A stretch of DNA of 64,000 nt, taken from NCBI GenBank assembly GCA_030651375.1, contig JAUSFM010000009.1:65345-129344 (forward strand), written 5' to 3'. Below, one piece after another: positions 53,991 to 62,477 of this stretch; the first letter of the stretch is position 1, and the number at the start of each line of letters is the position of its first letter. The translations under genes and the position numbers were made by a program. The notes beneath the pieces are model-generated. The model worked only from the letters and a program-made list of their open reading frames with translations, did not search any database and was not told the origin of the DNA. Source of the DNA: Candidatus Woesearchaeota archaeon (GTDB taxonomy: Archaea; Nanobdellota; Nanobdellia; Woesearchaeales; UBA12501).

Positions 53991-55025
53991 TTACATTCTC
54001 GGCTGCTGCTGGCTCATGCAGTGAATCGTGCCAAAGCCGAACACGACGTGGTAGCAGTTGATGCCGACTACTTTTCGCTGCGGGAATTGTTCCTGAATAA
54101 TCCTCAGCGCTTTCTCATCATTCTTGTGCCCAAAAATAGGCACGAGCACAACCGTATTGCCGATGTAGAAATTCGCATAGCTTGCCGGCACCCTTCCTTT
54201 GTCATCGCCCACCACACCGGGCATGGGCAGTTTGATGACCGTAAGTTTTTTCCCATCCTGATCCGTTTCTTTGCATAGAATGTCATAATTTTCTTTCAGC
54301 ATCGGATAATTTTCATCGTTGGCATCATCTTCATACGCGCATAGCACTGTTGTGGGGTTTACAAACCGCGCAAGGTCATCAACGTGGCCATCGGTGTCAT
54401 CACCCACAATGCCTTCATTGAGCCAGATAATTTTTTTGACGCCCAAAAAATCCTTCAGATACTGCTCAATCTGCTGTTTTGAAAGCTGTGGATTCCTATT
54501 TTTGTTAAGCAGGCACTGTGCCGAGGTCAGCAGCGTTCCCTTACCGTTGACATCGATTGAGCCGCCTTCGAGCACAATGCCGGGCGCGAACCGCTCAATC
54601 TTCATTGTTTCGTTAATCCATTCGGGAATGTGAGAATCTTTGAGCAGTTCTTCGTACTTGTTGCCCCACGCGTTGAAAATCCAGTGCGTCATGGCGAGCT
54701 TTTTTTCTTTTTTATTCACCACAAAGATTGGGCCGTAGTCACGAAACCAGACATCGGCATACTCATGGACATGGAGCGTTATTTTTGAGAAATTGCATTT
54801 TTTCTTTTCAAGCGCCGCCATCACTTTTTTCTTCATCGCTTCATTTTTGACGAGTAAATTCACCTGTTCACTGGAATGAACTGCTGCAATAATCTCTGCC
54901 ATGGCCTTTTCTGCCTCCGGCATATTCGGAAACGTAAGTGGGTCATGCGGCCACGAGAGCCAGATAGCATCGTGCGGTTCCCATTCTGCGGGCATCTGAT
55001 AACCGAGCTGAGAAGGCGTTTTCAT
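53991..55025 (-). CDS. aguA: Agmatine deiminase
   Basis: MKTPSQLGYQMPAEWEPHDAIWLSWPHD N-terminus and C-terminal catalytic Cys region (GTIHCMSQQQP) of the agmatine/porphyranase-type deiminase family. Confidence 0.85.
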   Translation of the reverse strand: MKTPSQLGYQMPAEWEPHDAIWLSWPHDPLTFPNMPEAEKAMAEIIAAVHSSEQVNLLVKNEAMKKKVMAALEKKKCNFSKITLHVHEYADVWFRDYGPIFVVNKKEKKLAMTHWIFNAWGNKYEELLKDSHIPEWINETMKIERFAPGIVLEGGSIDVNGKGTLLTSAQCLLNKNRNPQLSKQQIEQYLKDFLGVKKIIWLNEGIVGDDTDGHVDDLARFVNPTTVLCAYEDDANDENYPMLKENYDILCKETDQDGKKLTVIKLPMPGVVGDDKGRVPASYANFYIGNTVVLVPIFGHKNDEKALRIIQEQFPQRKVVGINCYHVVFGFGTIHCMSQQQPRM

Positions 55026-55029
55026 TGTC

Positions 55030-55875
55030 TCACTTTTTACACAAACGTCCATACGTTTCCGGCCGGCGGTTGCGCATGAATCCCCATGCGTCGCGGATGT
55101 CCTTGTTTTTGCTGGTATCAACATCAACAATCAGAATTTCTTCCTTGTCGCCGGCGCGCTGAATCACATTGCCAAATGCGTCGCATACAAATGAGCCGCC
55201 CCAGAAATGCAGTTCATTTTCTTCGCCAACACGGTTGACCGCAGCGACAATGACACTGTTTGCAATGGCGTGGCTGCGCTGGATGGTTTCCCACGCATCG
55301 TGCCACTCACCCTCATGTGCTTCATGGTTTTTGATAGTGCCGATTGCCGTGGGGTAGAAAATAATTTCAGCGCCGTTGAGCGCGCATACCCGTGCCGCTT
55401 CAGGAAACCACTGGTCGTAACATATCAGGACAGAAAAGGTGGCATACTTTGTTTTGTAAACAATATACTCGTCGCTACTTTCCTTGAAATAGTCCTTTTC
55501 ATAAAACAGCGGGTCGTGGGGGATGTGGTGCTTGCGGTAGGTGTCGAGCTGTTTTCCGTCGGCGTCAAACACCAGCGCAGAATTGTACTCTGTTTTTCCT
55601 TTTTTTTCATAGAATGGCACAACAAGCACCACTTTTAATTCATCTGCAAGCGCAGAAAACCGTTCACTGAACTGGTTTGGAATGGATTCAGCCAGCGCCG
55701 AAAAATCTTTTTTTTGTTCGCGCGGAAAATAGCGCGTCGCGAACAGTTCCTGCAGGCAGATGATTTTGGCACCTTTCTTCGCTGCAGCCCTAATTTTTTC
55801 AATAGTTTTCTGTATGTTTTCGGGCTTGCTTTCACCGGCAGCACTTTGAATGAGGCCAATGGTTACGTTGGTCAT
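55030..55875 (-). CDS. aguB: N-carbamoylputrescine amidase (carbon-nitrogen hydrolase family)
   Basis: Nitrilase-superfamily E-K-C triad context (ICLQELF; ...LICYDQWFPE). Adjacent to aguA. Confidence 0.85.
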   Translation of the reverse strand: MTNVTIGLIQSAAGESKPENIQKTIEKIRAAAKKGAKIICLQELFATRYFPREQKKDFSALAESIPNQFSERFSALADELKVVLVVPFYEKKGKTEYNSALVFDADGKQLDTYRKHHIPHDPLFYEKDYFKESSDEYIVYKTKYATFSVLICYDQWFPEAARVCALNGAEIIFYPTAIGTIKNHEAHEGEWHDAWETIQRSHAIANSVIVAAVNRVGEENELHFWGGSFVCDAFGNVIQRAGDKEEILIVDVDTSKNKDIRDAWGFMRNRRPETYGRLCKK

Positions 55876-55927
55876 GGTTCATCTAATAAAAAAAGAAGAA
55901 GTATTTAAAGGTAGCTGCTCGTCACTG

Positions 55928-56599
55928 CTACTCAACCATCCCTTCACAGGTAAATTTGAGTTCAGTGTACAAACCAACCGTGTTTCCAGCGAGCTTGTTG
56001 ACCAGTTCTTTTTGCCAGTACGTCTTTCCCTTAAGGAGTTTTTCCTTGACCGTGCATGTTGCCTTCTGGCCAGGCTTGAGCACTTCAGTGCCACATTCTT
56101 TTTGTGGTTCAGTTACCCGGTTGCTGTTCAGTTGGATTCTCATAGCATCTTTTTCAGTGACCTCTTCAACGCCGATGCGGGTGAGCTGATATTCTTTTTT
56201 GCCCTTGTTTTCAATCGTAAACGTTACCATTGACTCTCCGTCGGGGAATAGTTTTCCGCAGACCACATTTGAGAACCATGATGTTTTCTCCTCTTTCTTT
56301 TGAACGTCAGCAGCGCTGCCGATAACTGTTTTTTCAGAAACAGTTACGCTGTTTGGTTGGGAGTATTCAGGAGCGAGTTGTGGTTTTTCTTGCTGTTCTT
56401 GTTTGTTTTCACCTGCTATTACTTCTGGCTGTTCAGCTGCTTGCGCTGCCGGTTCTTGAGCATCTGCCATTGCAGGCTCTTGATCTTCTGGGCTTTCCAG
56501 TTGTGCAGTCACTTCAGGAGCGGTTTGTTGTTGGGTGCGGGCGCAGCCGCTCAAGGCAATAACTCCAACAAGAATCAGGACAAAGAGCATTTGTTTCAT
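55928..56599 (-). CDS. Secreted lipoprotein with acidic Q/E/A/P-rich linker (paralog A)
   Basis: Lipobox LSGC; low-complexity acidic linker. C-terminal domain related to the adjacent paralog (EEKTSWF...). Confidence 0.5.
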   Translation of the reverse strand: MKQMLFVLILVGVIALSGCARTQQQTAPEVTAQLESPEDQEPAMADAQEPAAQAAEQPEVIAGENKQEQQEKPQLAPEYSQPNSVTVSEKTVIGSAADVQKKEEKTSWFSNVVCGKLFPDGESMVTFTIENKGKKEYQLTRIGVEEVTEKDAMRIQLNSNRVTEPQKECGTEVLKPGQKATCTVKEKLLKGKTYWQKELVNKLAGNTVGLYTELKFTCEGMVE

Positions 56600-56612
56600 A
56601 GGTACACCTTTT

Positions 56613-57377
56613 TTATGTTCGGCATTTAAAATCAGTTTGCGTTGAGACAAATCTCGAACGTGCTTCAACGCTGTTAATCATTTCTTGCTTTTCCTTGATA
56701 AATTTGTGTGTTTCAGGATAGCGTAGGCTTGCTGGGCAGCGGTTACATTCAAGCGTTTGGCCAGCCTTGACAATCATCGTGCCACAGCAGGCGTTAATCT
56801 GCTCATTCGTGAGCCGGTTGCCATTTATTGCTAATTTTATGGGCACATTGGTTGCTTCGTCGGCTCCAATTCGGGAGTATGCATTGGCCCACGTGAGATT
56901 GTATTCACGATTGTCATTATTGGTGAAACGGAAGGAAAGCGCATCTTCATGTTTCGTGCCGGTGCCAAACGTTCCCTGTTTTTCACCAGTGTACCGTTCA
57001 CATTGCAAGCCGGCAAACCAGCTTTTTTCCTCGGTTTTTCGGGTGTCGCGCGTTTCGCCGAGTACTGTTTCCTGTTTTGTTACTTCAACATTTGTTTCAA
57101 GCTGGGCAAGTGCAGATGCTGGTTTTGGGTCAAGCACAGAATTGCCCGTGAGGCCGGTGCCTGCTGCAGAATCAGCATTTTCTGGTGCAGTTTCAGATTC
57201 TGGCACTGCGGCTGGTGCTGCTTCTGCAGTTTCTTCAGGTGCAGTTGCATCTGGTTGTGATGGCTCTTGCTGTTCTGGCTTTATTTCCTGTTTTGAACAT
57301 CCTGCAAGACTCAACATCAATATACTTATAGCAAAAAGGACAGAGAATATGTGCATTGTTCTCATAGCGATTGCCAC
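56613..57377 (-). CDS. Secreted lipoprotein with acidic linker (paralog B)
   Basis: Lipobox LAGCS, acidic E/A/P linker, C-terminal domain with EEKSWFAGLQCE similar to paralog A. Confidence 0.5.
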   Translation of the reverse strand: MAIAMRTMHIFSVLFAISILMLSLAGCSKQEIKPEQQEPSQPDATAPEETAEAAPAAVPESETAPENADSAAGTGLTGNSVLDPKPASALAQLETNVEVTKQETVLGETRDTRKTEEKSWFAGLQCERYTGEKQGTFGTGTKHEDALSFRFTNNDNREYNLTWANAYSRIGADEATNVPIKLAINGNRLTNEQINACCGTMIVKAGQTLECNRCPASLRYPETHKFIKEKQEMINSVEARSRFVSTQTDFKCRT

Positions 57378-57486
57378 CTCACATGGGTATACATCAATTG
57401 ATGCGAAATAGTATATAAATATTGTGCATTTTGAAACAGCTTATTTGAGGGGAATACTCTCTGATTTTATCTGATTTCTCTCGCTC

Positions 57487-57990
57487 TCATCTGAAGAAAT
57501 ACGACCAAATAACGAGAATAGCCAGTGCAATCGTGCTAATCTTCCAGAGAATGTCACTCTTTATCTCGACAAACTCATCTTCTGCCGGTACTGTTGCCGT
57601 CGATGTGCTGTTTTTTGCTTCTTTTTGTTTCTTTTCTTCCGGTTCGTTGCGTTCTTGTATCTCTACTATTTTTGAAATCCGCGCTGGCTTTGGTGCAGGC
57701 TTTACTGCCGCTGCTTTTATTGTTTTTTTTGCCGGCGCTGCGCGCGTTTTTGCTTTTTGCTCTTTTTCTTTTTTCTGGCTTTGCTGCTTTTGTTCAGTTT
57801 TTTGCTTTTGTTTTTTGGGCGCCGGCGCAGGTTCGTGTACTGATGCTCTTGATTCGCCTGATTCTGATTCTCCCGCTACCTTTCTGACGCTTTCTGCAAT
57901 AGAATACATTGGGTCACTGGTGCCGGTGCCAGCGCTGGATGCGTATTCGCTTTGGTAGATACCCGTCTTATCAGCCATATTCATAAGCAT
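57487..57990 (-). CDS. Tail-anchored K/A/Q-rich protein
   Basis: 167 aa with a highly basic low-complexity middle and a single C-terminal TM helix. Confidence 0.4.
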   Translation of the reverse strand: MLMNMADKTGIYQSEYASSAGTGTSDPMYSIAESVRKVAGESESGESRASVHEPAPAPKKQKQKTEQKQQSQKKEKEQKAKTRAAPAKKTIKAAAVKPAPKPARISKIVEIQERNEPEEKKQKEAKNSTSTATVPAEDEFVEIKSDILWKISTIALAILVIWSYFFR

Positions 57991-58112
57991 TGGCCTGTTT
58001 TTTTATAAAGTTTGTTGTCCTCGAATATCCGTATCTATCTCCCCCTCTATTATTCCAAACAGAATAAACTGGGCAATAACCTTTTTAAAAACCTGCTTCA
58101 GTGAATCGAATC

Positions 58113-59327
58113 ATGGCACGAAAATACCTTTTCACCAGCGAAAGTGTCAGCGAAGGACACCCGGACAAACTCTGCGACCAGATTTCAGACGCGATTCTCG
58201 ACGCCATCCTCGCCAAGGATCCCAACGGCCGCGTCGCGGTTGAGTGCCTCGTCAAGACCGGCTTTGTCGTTGTCGCCGGCGAAGTGACCACGACCGCGTA
58301 TGTTGATATTCAAAGCATTGTGCGCAGCGTCATCTGCGAAGCAGGCTACGACCGCCATGATTTGGGATTTGAAGGCCAGACGTGCGGTGTTCTTGTCGCG
58401 CTTTCAGAACAATCACCTGACATCGCGCAGGGCGTTGATGAGCGTTCTGCAACGGGAAAAGAAACTGCCGAACAAGGCGCCGGCGACCAAGGATTAATGT
58501 TTGGCTATGCCACTAATGAAACCCCTGAATTCATGCCGCTGCCCATTAGCACCGCGCACAAGCTTCTCTTAAAACTGCGCGACCTTCGCAAAACACATGT
58601 GCTTCCGTACCTTCGGCCTGACGCAAAAAGCCAAGTCACGGTTGAGTATGACGGTGGAAAACCCGTGCGTATTCACACCGTTGTTTTGTCCGCTCACCAT
58701 TCGCCTGATGTTACGCACGCGCAGATAAAAAAAGACCTCATCGAACACGTCATCAAGCCGGTGTGCGGAAACTACCTCGACGATTCAACCATCTATCACG
58801 TTAATCCAACCGGAAAATTTGTGGTCGGCGGGCCGGTTGCCGACGCAGGCCTTACCGGCAGAAAAATAATTGTTGACACCTATGGCGGCCACGGTAGCCA
58901 CGGCGGCGGCGCATTTTCCGGAAAGGACCCCAGTAAAGTTGACCGGTCCGGGGCATACGCCGCGCGCTACATTGCAAAAAACATTGTCGCCGCGGGACTC
59001 GCCGACAAATGCGAAGTCCAGCTTGCGTACGCCATCGGCGTTGCCGCTCCTGTTTCCATTTTGGTCAACTGCTTTGGCACCAACAGGGTTTCGGAAGAGA
59101 AACTTTCTGAACTGGTGAGAACCCACTTTCCCATCAAGCCCGCTGACATTATTTCTCATTTGAAACTCCGCAGGCCCATTTTCAGAAAAACAGCAAGCTA
59201 CGGCCACTTTGGCAGGGACGACCCTGATTTCACGTGGGAAAAACTGGACAAGGTTGACGCGCTGAAACAGGACGCGGGGCCGCTGCATGCTCCTGAACAT
59301 ACAGGGAAAGATGTGGCGCTGGATTGA
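58113..59327 (+). CDS. metK: S-adenosylmethionine synthetase, bacterial/eukaryal MetK type
   Basis: [43 protein letters not shown] and [23 protein letters not shown] are hallmark MetK motifs. Confidence 0.9.
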   Translation: MARKYLFTSESVSEGHPDKLCDQISDAILDAILAKDPNGRVAVECLVKTGFVVVAGEVTTTAYVDIQSIVRSVICEAGYDRHDLGFEGQTCGVLVALSEQSPDIAQGVDERSATGKETAEQGAGDQGLMFGYATNETPEFMPLPISTAHKLLLKLRDLRKTHVLPYLRPDAKSQVTVEYDGGKPVRIHTVVLSAHHSPDVTHAQIKKDLIEHVIKPVCGNYLDDSTIYHVNPTGKFVVGGPVADAGLTGRKIIVDTYGGHGSHGGGAFSGKDPSKVDRSGAYAARYIAKNIVAAGLADKCEVQLAYAIGVAAPVSILVNCFGTNRVSEEKLSELVRTHFPIKPADIISHLKLRRPIFRKTASYGHFGRDDPDFTWEKLDKVDALKQDAGPLHAPEHTGKDVALD

Positions 59328-59337
59328 ATTGGTTGAT

Positions 59338-60345
59338 ATGGCTGCTCTTCGTAATTCTAACAAGAATCTTAACTCAAACAAAGCTACGGGAAGGAAAATA
59401 GTCTGGTTCTTGGGGGCAGGAGCTTCTCGAGGTGCTGGTGCCGCACTGCGGGTCGGCGGGTCGGGAGGTACAATTAAAATTCCAATTCAAGCCGACTTTT
59501 GGGACGTTGTTCTAAGGTATGGATCTAAAAAGGATGCTGACAAAATACAATCTTTTTTATTTAGATATTTTGCAGGTTATGATAGGACACCTGCGCGTAG
59601 TAATCGAAAAGAACGAAGAGAAGTATTGAAAAATATTGATGTCGAAGAAGTTTTTACTTTTTTGAGTGAGAGAATCAAAACCAAGCAAATTCCTGACTCT
59701 TTAAAAACTTATTTTACGGAAATTCAGTCAAAACTAATACGCACGGTGACAAAAACCCTTCGTAAATTCGAACCAAATGCCCAAACTAAGAAAACCTATG
59801 CCACCTTCTCTAAAAATCTTCTGCGAACAAGAGACGCTGTTGTATCTTTTAATTACGATACTATCTTCGAATATTCTTTGCCAAAAAACAAACCCTTCTT
59901 TTATCAGGATGTTTCGAAAAAAACTAAATTTTATGCTGTTTTCAAGCCGCATGGTTCTATAAACTGGAAGATGGGGGAAAACAAAAAACTTGAAGTTGAC
60001 GATTATGTTGACGAACCCGAACTAATCCCTCCAACACATCTAAAATTTATCGGAGAACAAATTGACCCAATAAAACTGCTTTGGAAAAAAATGGAAATTC
60101 AAATGCAAGCAGCCAAAACTTTTGTTTTTATAGGTTATTCATTTCCTGATGCTGATTTCTACTTTTCTTCTGTTATGCGATCTGTTTTAACAAAAACTAA
60201 AAGAAATGTTAAAATAATCCTTGTTGACCCCGATGCTCAGCGATTGTCAGAAAAGTTTGGTAAACGTTTCTCAATAACTCAAAACAGGATTCTAAAATAT
60301 TTTGATTTATCACAACTTCTTCAAATTAAGCGTAAGACATTATAG
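59338..60345 (+). CDS. SIR2_2-family (defence-type SIR2-like) protein
   Basis: N-terminal IVWFLGAGASRGAG, then FNYDT and HGSINW motifs of the SIR2_2 fold. AT-rich gene immediately after metK. Confidence 0.65.
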   Translation: MAALRNSNKNLNSNKATGRKIVWFLGAGASRGAGAALRVGGSGGTIKIPIQADFWDVVLRYGSKKDADKIQSFLFRYFAGYDRTPARSNRKERREVLKNIDVEEVFTFLSERIKTKQIPDSLKTYFTEIQSKLIRTVTKTLRKFEPNAQTKKTYATFSKNLLRTRDAVVSFNYDTIFEYSLPKNKPFFYQDVSKKTKFYAVFKPHGSINWKMGENKKLEVDDYVDEPELIPPTHLKFIGEQIDPIKLLWKKMEIQMQAAKTFVFIGYSFPDADFYFSSVMRSVLTKTKRNVKIILVDPDAQRLSEKFGKRFSITQNRILKYFDLSQLLQIKRKTL

Positions 60346-60510
60346 TTCGGTCATTTCAGATAAGTCCGCTTTTGAATTTATTTTTCTGCCTTTTAATCCC
60401 GCCAAAACTATCTTTACCAATACGTTCCCTTCCTCTAACTGTATTCGTTTAGGTCTCATTTGATCTATCTCACCGAAAGCTTTATATATACATATACATT
60501 AATACTCTCT

Positions 60511-60723
60511 ATGTCGAAACTTATCAGCGTCTCGGATGATGTGTACACAACCCTTAAAGAGATGAAGGGTGAGGAAAGCTATTCTGTTGCCATAAGAAAA
60601 CTCTTTACCCCTAAGTCGAATAAAGAGAAGATACTCAGTTTTTACGGGAAAGGTGGGATTGACAAAGAAATGATAAAAGAGGTTCAAAAATCATGGAAAC
60701 AGTGGTCAGAAAAATATGTTTAG
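60511..60723 (+). CDS. Putative VapB-like antitoxin
   Basis: Small ORF (MSKLISVSDDVYTTLKEMKG...) overlapping the PIN gene start. Confidence 0.4.
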   Translation: MSKLISVSDDVYTTLKEMKGEESYSVAIRKLFTPKSNKEKILSFYGKGGIDKEMIKEVQKSWKQWSEKYV

Positions 60724-61076
60724 ATTCTGATGTTGTTATCTCTTTATTGAACAAAGATGAACCTACCTATGTTTCTCTTCAAAAACTTAATGCAACCTTT
60801 TGCATCACCGCAATAACCTCATTTGAAATATGGTGTGGAAAGAACAAACCAGAGACCGTCTTTGAAATCCTCGAGTCCTTTCACACGCTCGACTTTGATA
60901 CTCATGCAGGCCGCCTTGCGGGCGACATTTTTCGAAAACTCAAAGAACAAGGACGGCTTATCGAAATGCGGGATATTTTCATTGGCGCAATATGCATCAA
61001 AAATAATATGGAACTGTTCACCCTCAACAAAAAACATTTTGAGCGGCTAAAAGAATTTGGCTTAATTCTAGTATAA
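60693..61076 (+). CDS. vapC: PIN-domain toxin (VapC-like)
   Basis: 127 aa. N-terminal LDSDVVI acidic motif and PIN fold pattern. Confidence 0.65.
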   Translation: METVVRKICLDSDVVISLLNKDEPTYVSLQKLNATFCITAITSFEIWCGKNKPETVFEILESFHTLDFDTHAGRLAGDIFRKLKEQGRLIEMRDIFIGAICIKNNMELFTLNKKHFERLKEFGLILV

Positions 61077-61081
61077 GGCTA

Positions 61082-62359
61082 TTATCTCATTCCCATCACT
61101 CGCTCTGCTTGAGCAATCGCATAGTTTCTAAGATACCGTTCTGCTTGTTTCGATGCATTCGCAGGCAAGTTTCTTCCCCGCATGATATGCTCGTCAAGAG
61201 CTGCATAATCATGGCTGCGTACATAGAATTCAACTGCTTTTCTCACGGCACGGAGCCGGAGATTGTCAGGCAATACGTCTGCGCGCGCTATCCATAAAAA
61301 ATCAGATGCGTGGGGCTTCTGCGGCCACGTTTGTGAAAGCAGGTAGCTGATGCCGTATGCTTTCATTTCTGGGGAGAGATCATCGTGGTCCAAAATAGTA
61401 AGCCGTATATTGCTATATGAATCCCGATCTTTTTGAAACCGAATAAAATCACTCAATGCTTTTTTTCGCAGCGTTTCTGGAAGCGCAGTGTCTGCAATAA
61501 ACGCTACGACCTGATCTCTATACCTCAAATGTTCATTCTGTCTAATCCATGTTGATGCAACACTGGTGGCTTTTTCACGCGCTTTTTTTCGTACTTCTTT
61601 TGGAAGGAATCTTTCATTTGCCATACATTTGAGTGCAAGATACTCATTCTCTCGGGTATGTTCTTCTATTGCTTTTTCTGCAGCGGGGCCAAGAGCGGCT
61701 CGTATCTGTATGCGATGGGGAGCAGGGATTCTTTTGTTTGTTCTACTCTCTTCATACAAATGTTCATACGAGCCCTGTTCAACACAGTTGGTTATATACG
61801 CTGATAGCGCAGCATCCATCCCTGCTTCTGCTGCATGCCGTACTTCATCAGGAACTTTACGGTTGTGGGAAAGTGCCAGGACTTCAATATAATTTCCTTT
61901 TTCCACATCGAACTCAACAAGATTTTTTCCTGCAGCAACACGAGTTTCATCAGGAGCATATTTGTTTTGGACGAGATTGAGAAGACGATACTGTCCTCCG
62001 TCTCCTCCGCGCGCCACATACAATTCGATCAGCTTTTCCCCGGCGGCACGGCGAATGTCATCGGGAAGTGTTGTATCTAGTGCCAGAACTTCTAATTCAC
62101 CGGTATCTTTTTTTTGCAGTACTTTTCGCGCCGCAGCGGGAAGGTGTTTTTCTGCATCTTCTGGTATTCCTGCTGGAAGAGAATCTCTATTCTCCTCCAC
62201 AGTAAGAATGGAAAGAGCAGTGTACATTCCGCGTTGGACATAGGTTGATACTGCCAGTTTTCCTGCGGCAAGACGCTTTGCTTCATCCGGATGCCAGCGC
62301 ATGACGGCCAGCAGCGATTCCAGCGTATCGCGCGGTTCAAGATCAGGAGTTGGTCCCAT
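61082..62359 (-). CDS. Repeat-containing hypothetical protein (HEAT/PBS-lyase-like repeats)
   Basis: Recurrent ~30-aa units containing AAG(K/E)xL(V/I)E(F/L)YV..G.Y. Confidence 0.4.
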   Translation of the reverse strand: MGPTPDLEPRDTLESLLAVMRWHPDEAKRLAAGKLAVSTYVQRGMYTALSILTVEENRDSLPAGIPEDAEKHLPAAARKVLQKKDTGELEVLALDTTLPDDIRRAAGEKLIELYVARGGDGGQYRLLNLVQNKYAPDETRVAAGKNLVEFDVEKGNYIEVLALSHNRKVPDEVRHAAEAGMDAALSAYITNCVEQGSYEHLYEESRTNKRIPAPHRIQIRAALGPAAEKAIEEHTRENEYLALKCMANERFLPKEVRKKAREKATSVASTWIRQNEHLRYRDQVVAFIADTALPETLRKKALSDFIRFQKDRDSYSNIRLTILDHDDLSPEMKAYGISYLLSQTWPQKPHASDFLWIARADVLPDNLRLRAVRKAVEFYVRSHDYAALDEHIMRGRNLPANASKQAERYLRNYAIAQAERVMGMR

Positions 62360-62477
62360 ACAAAAGAACTAAGTATAGATGTTTATATAGTTTGTTGGGG
62401 TGGAGAATAAAACCCCCTGAACGTTTAAAAATCAACCACAACAATATTTATAAATATGCTCCCGTGCCACCGACGAT

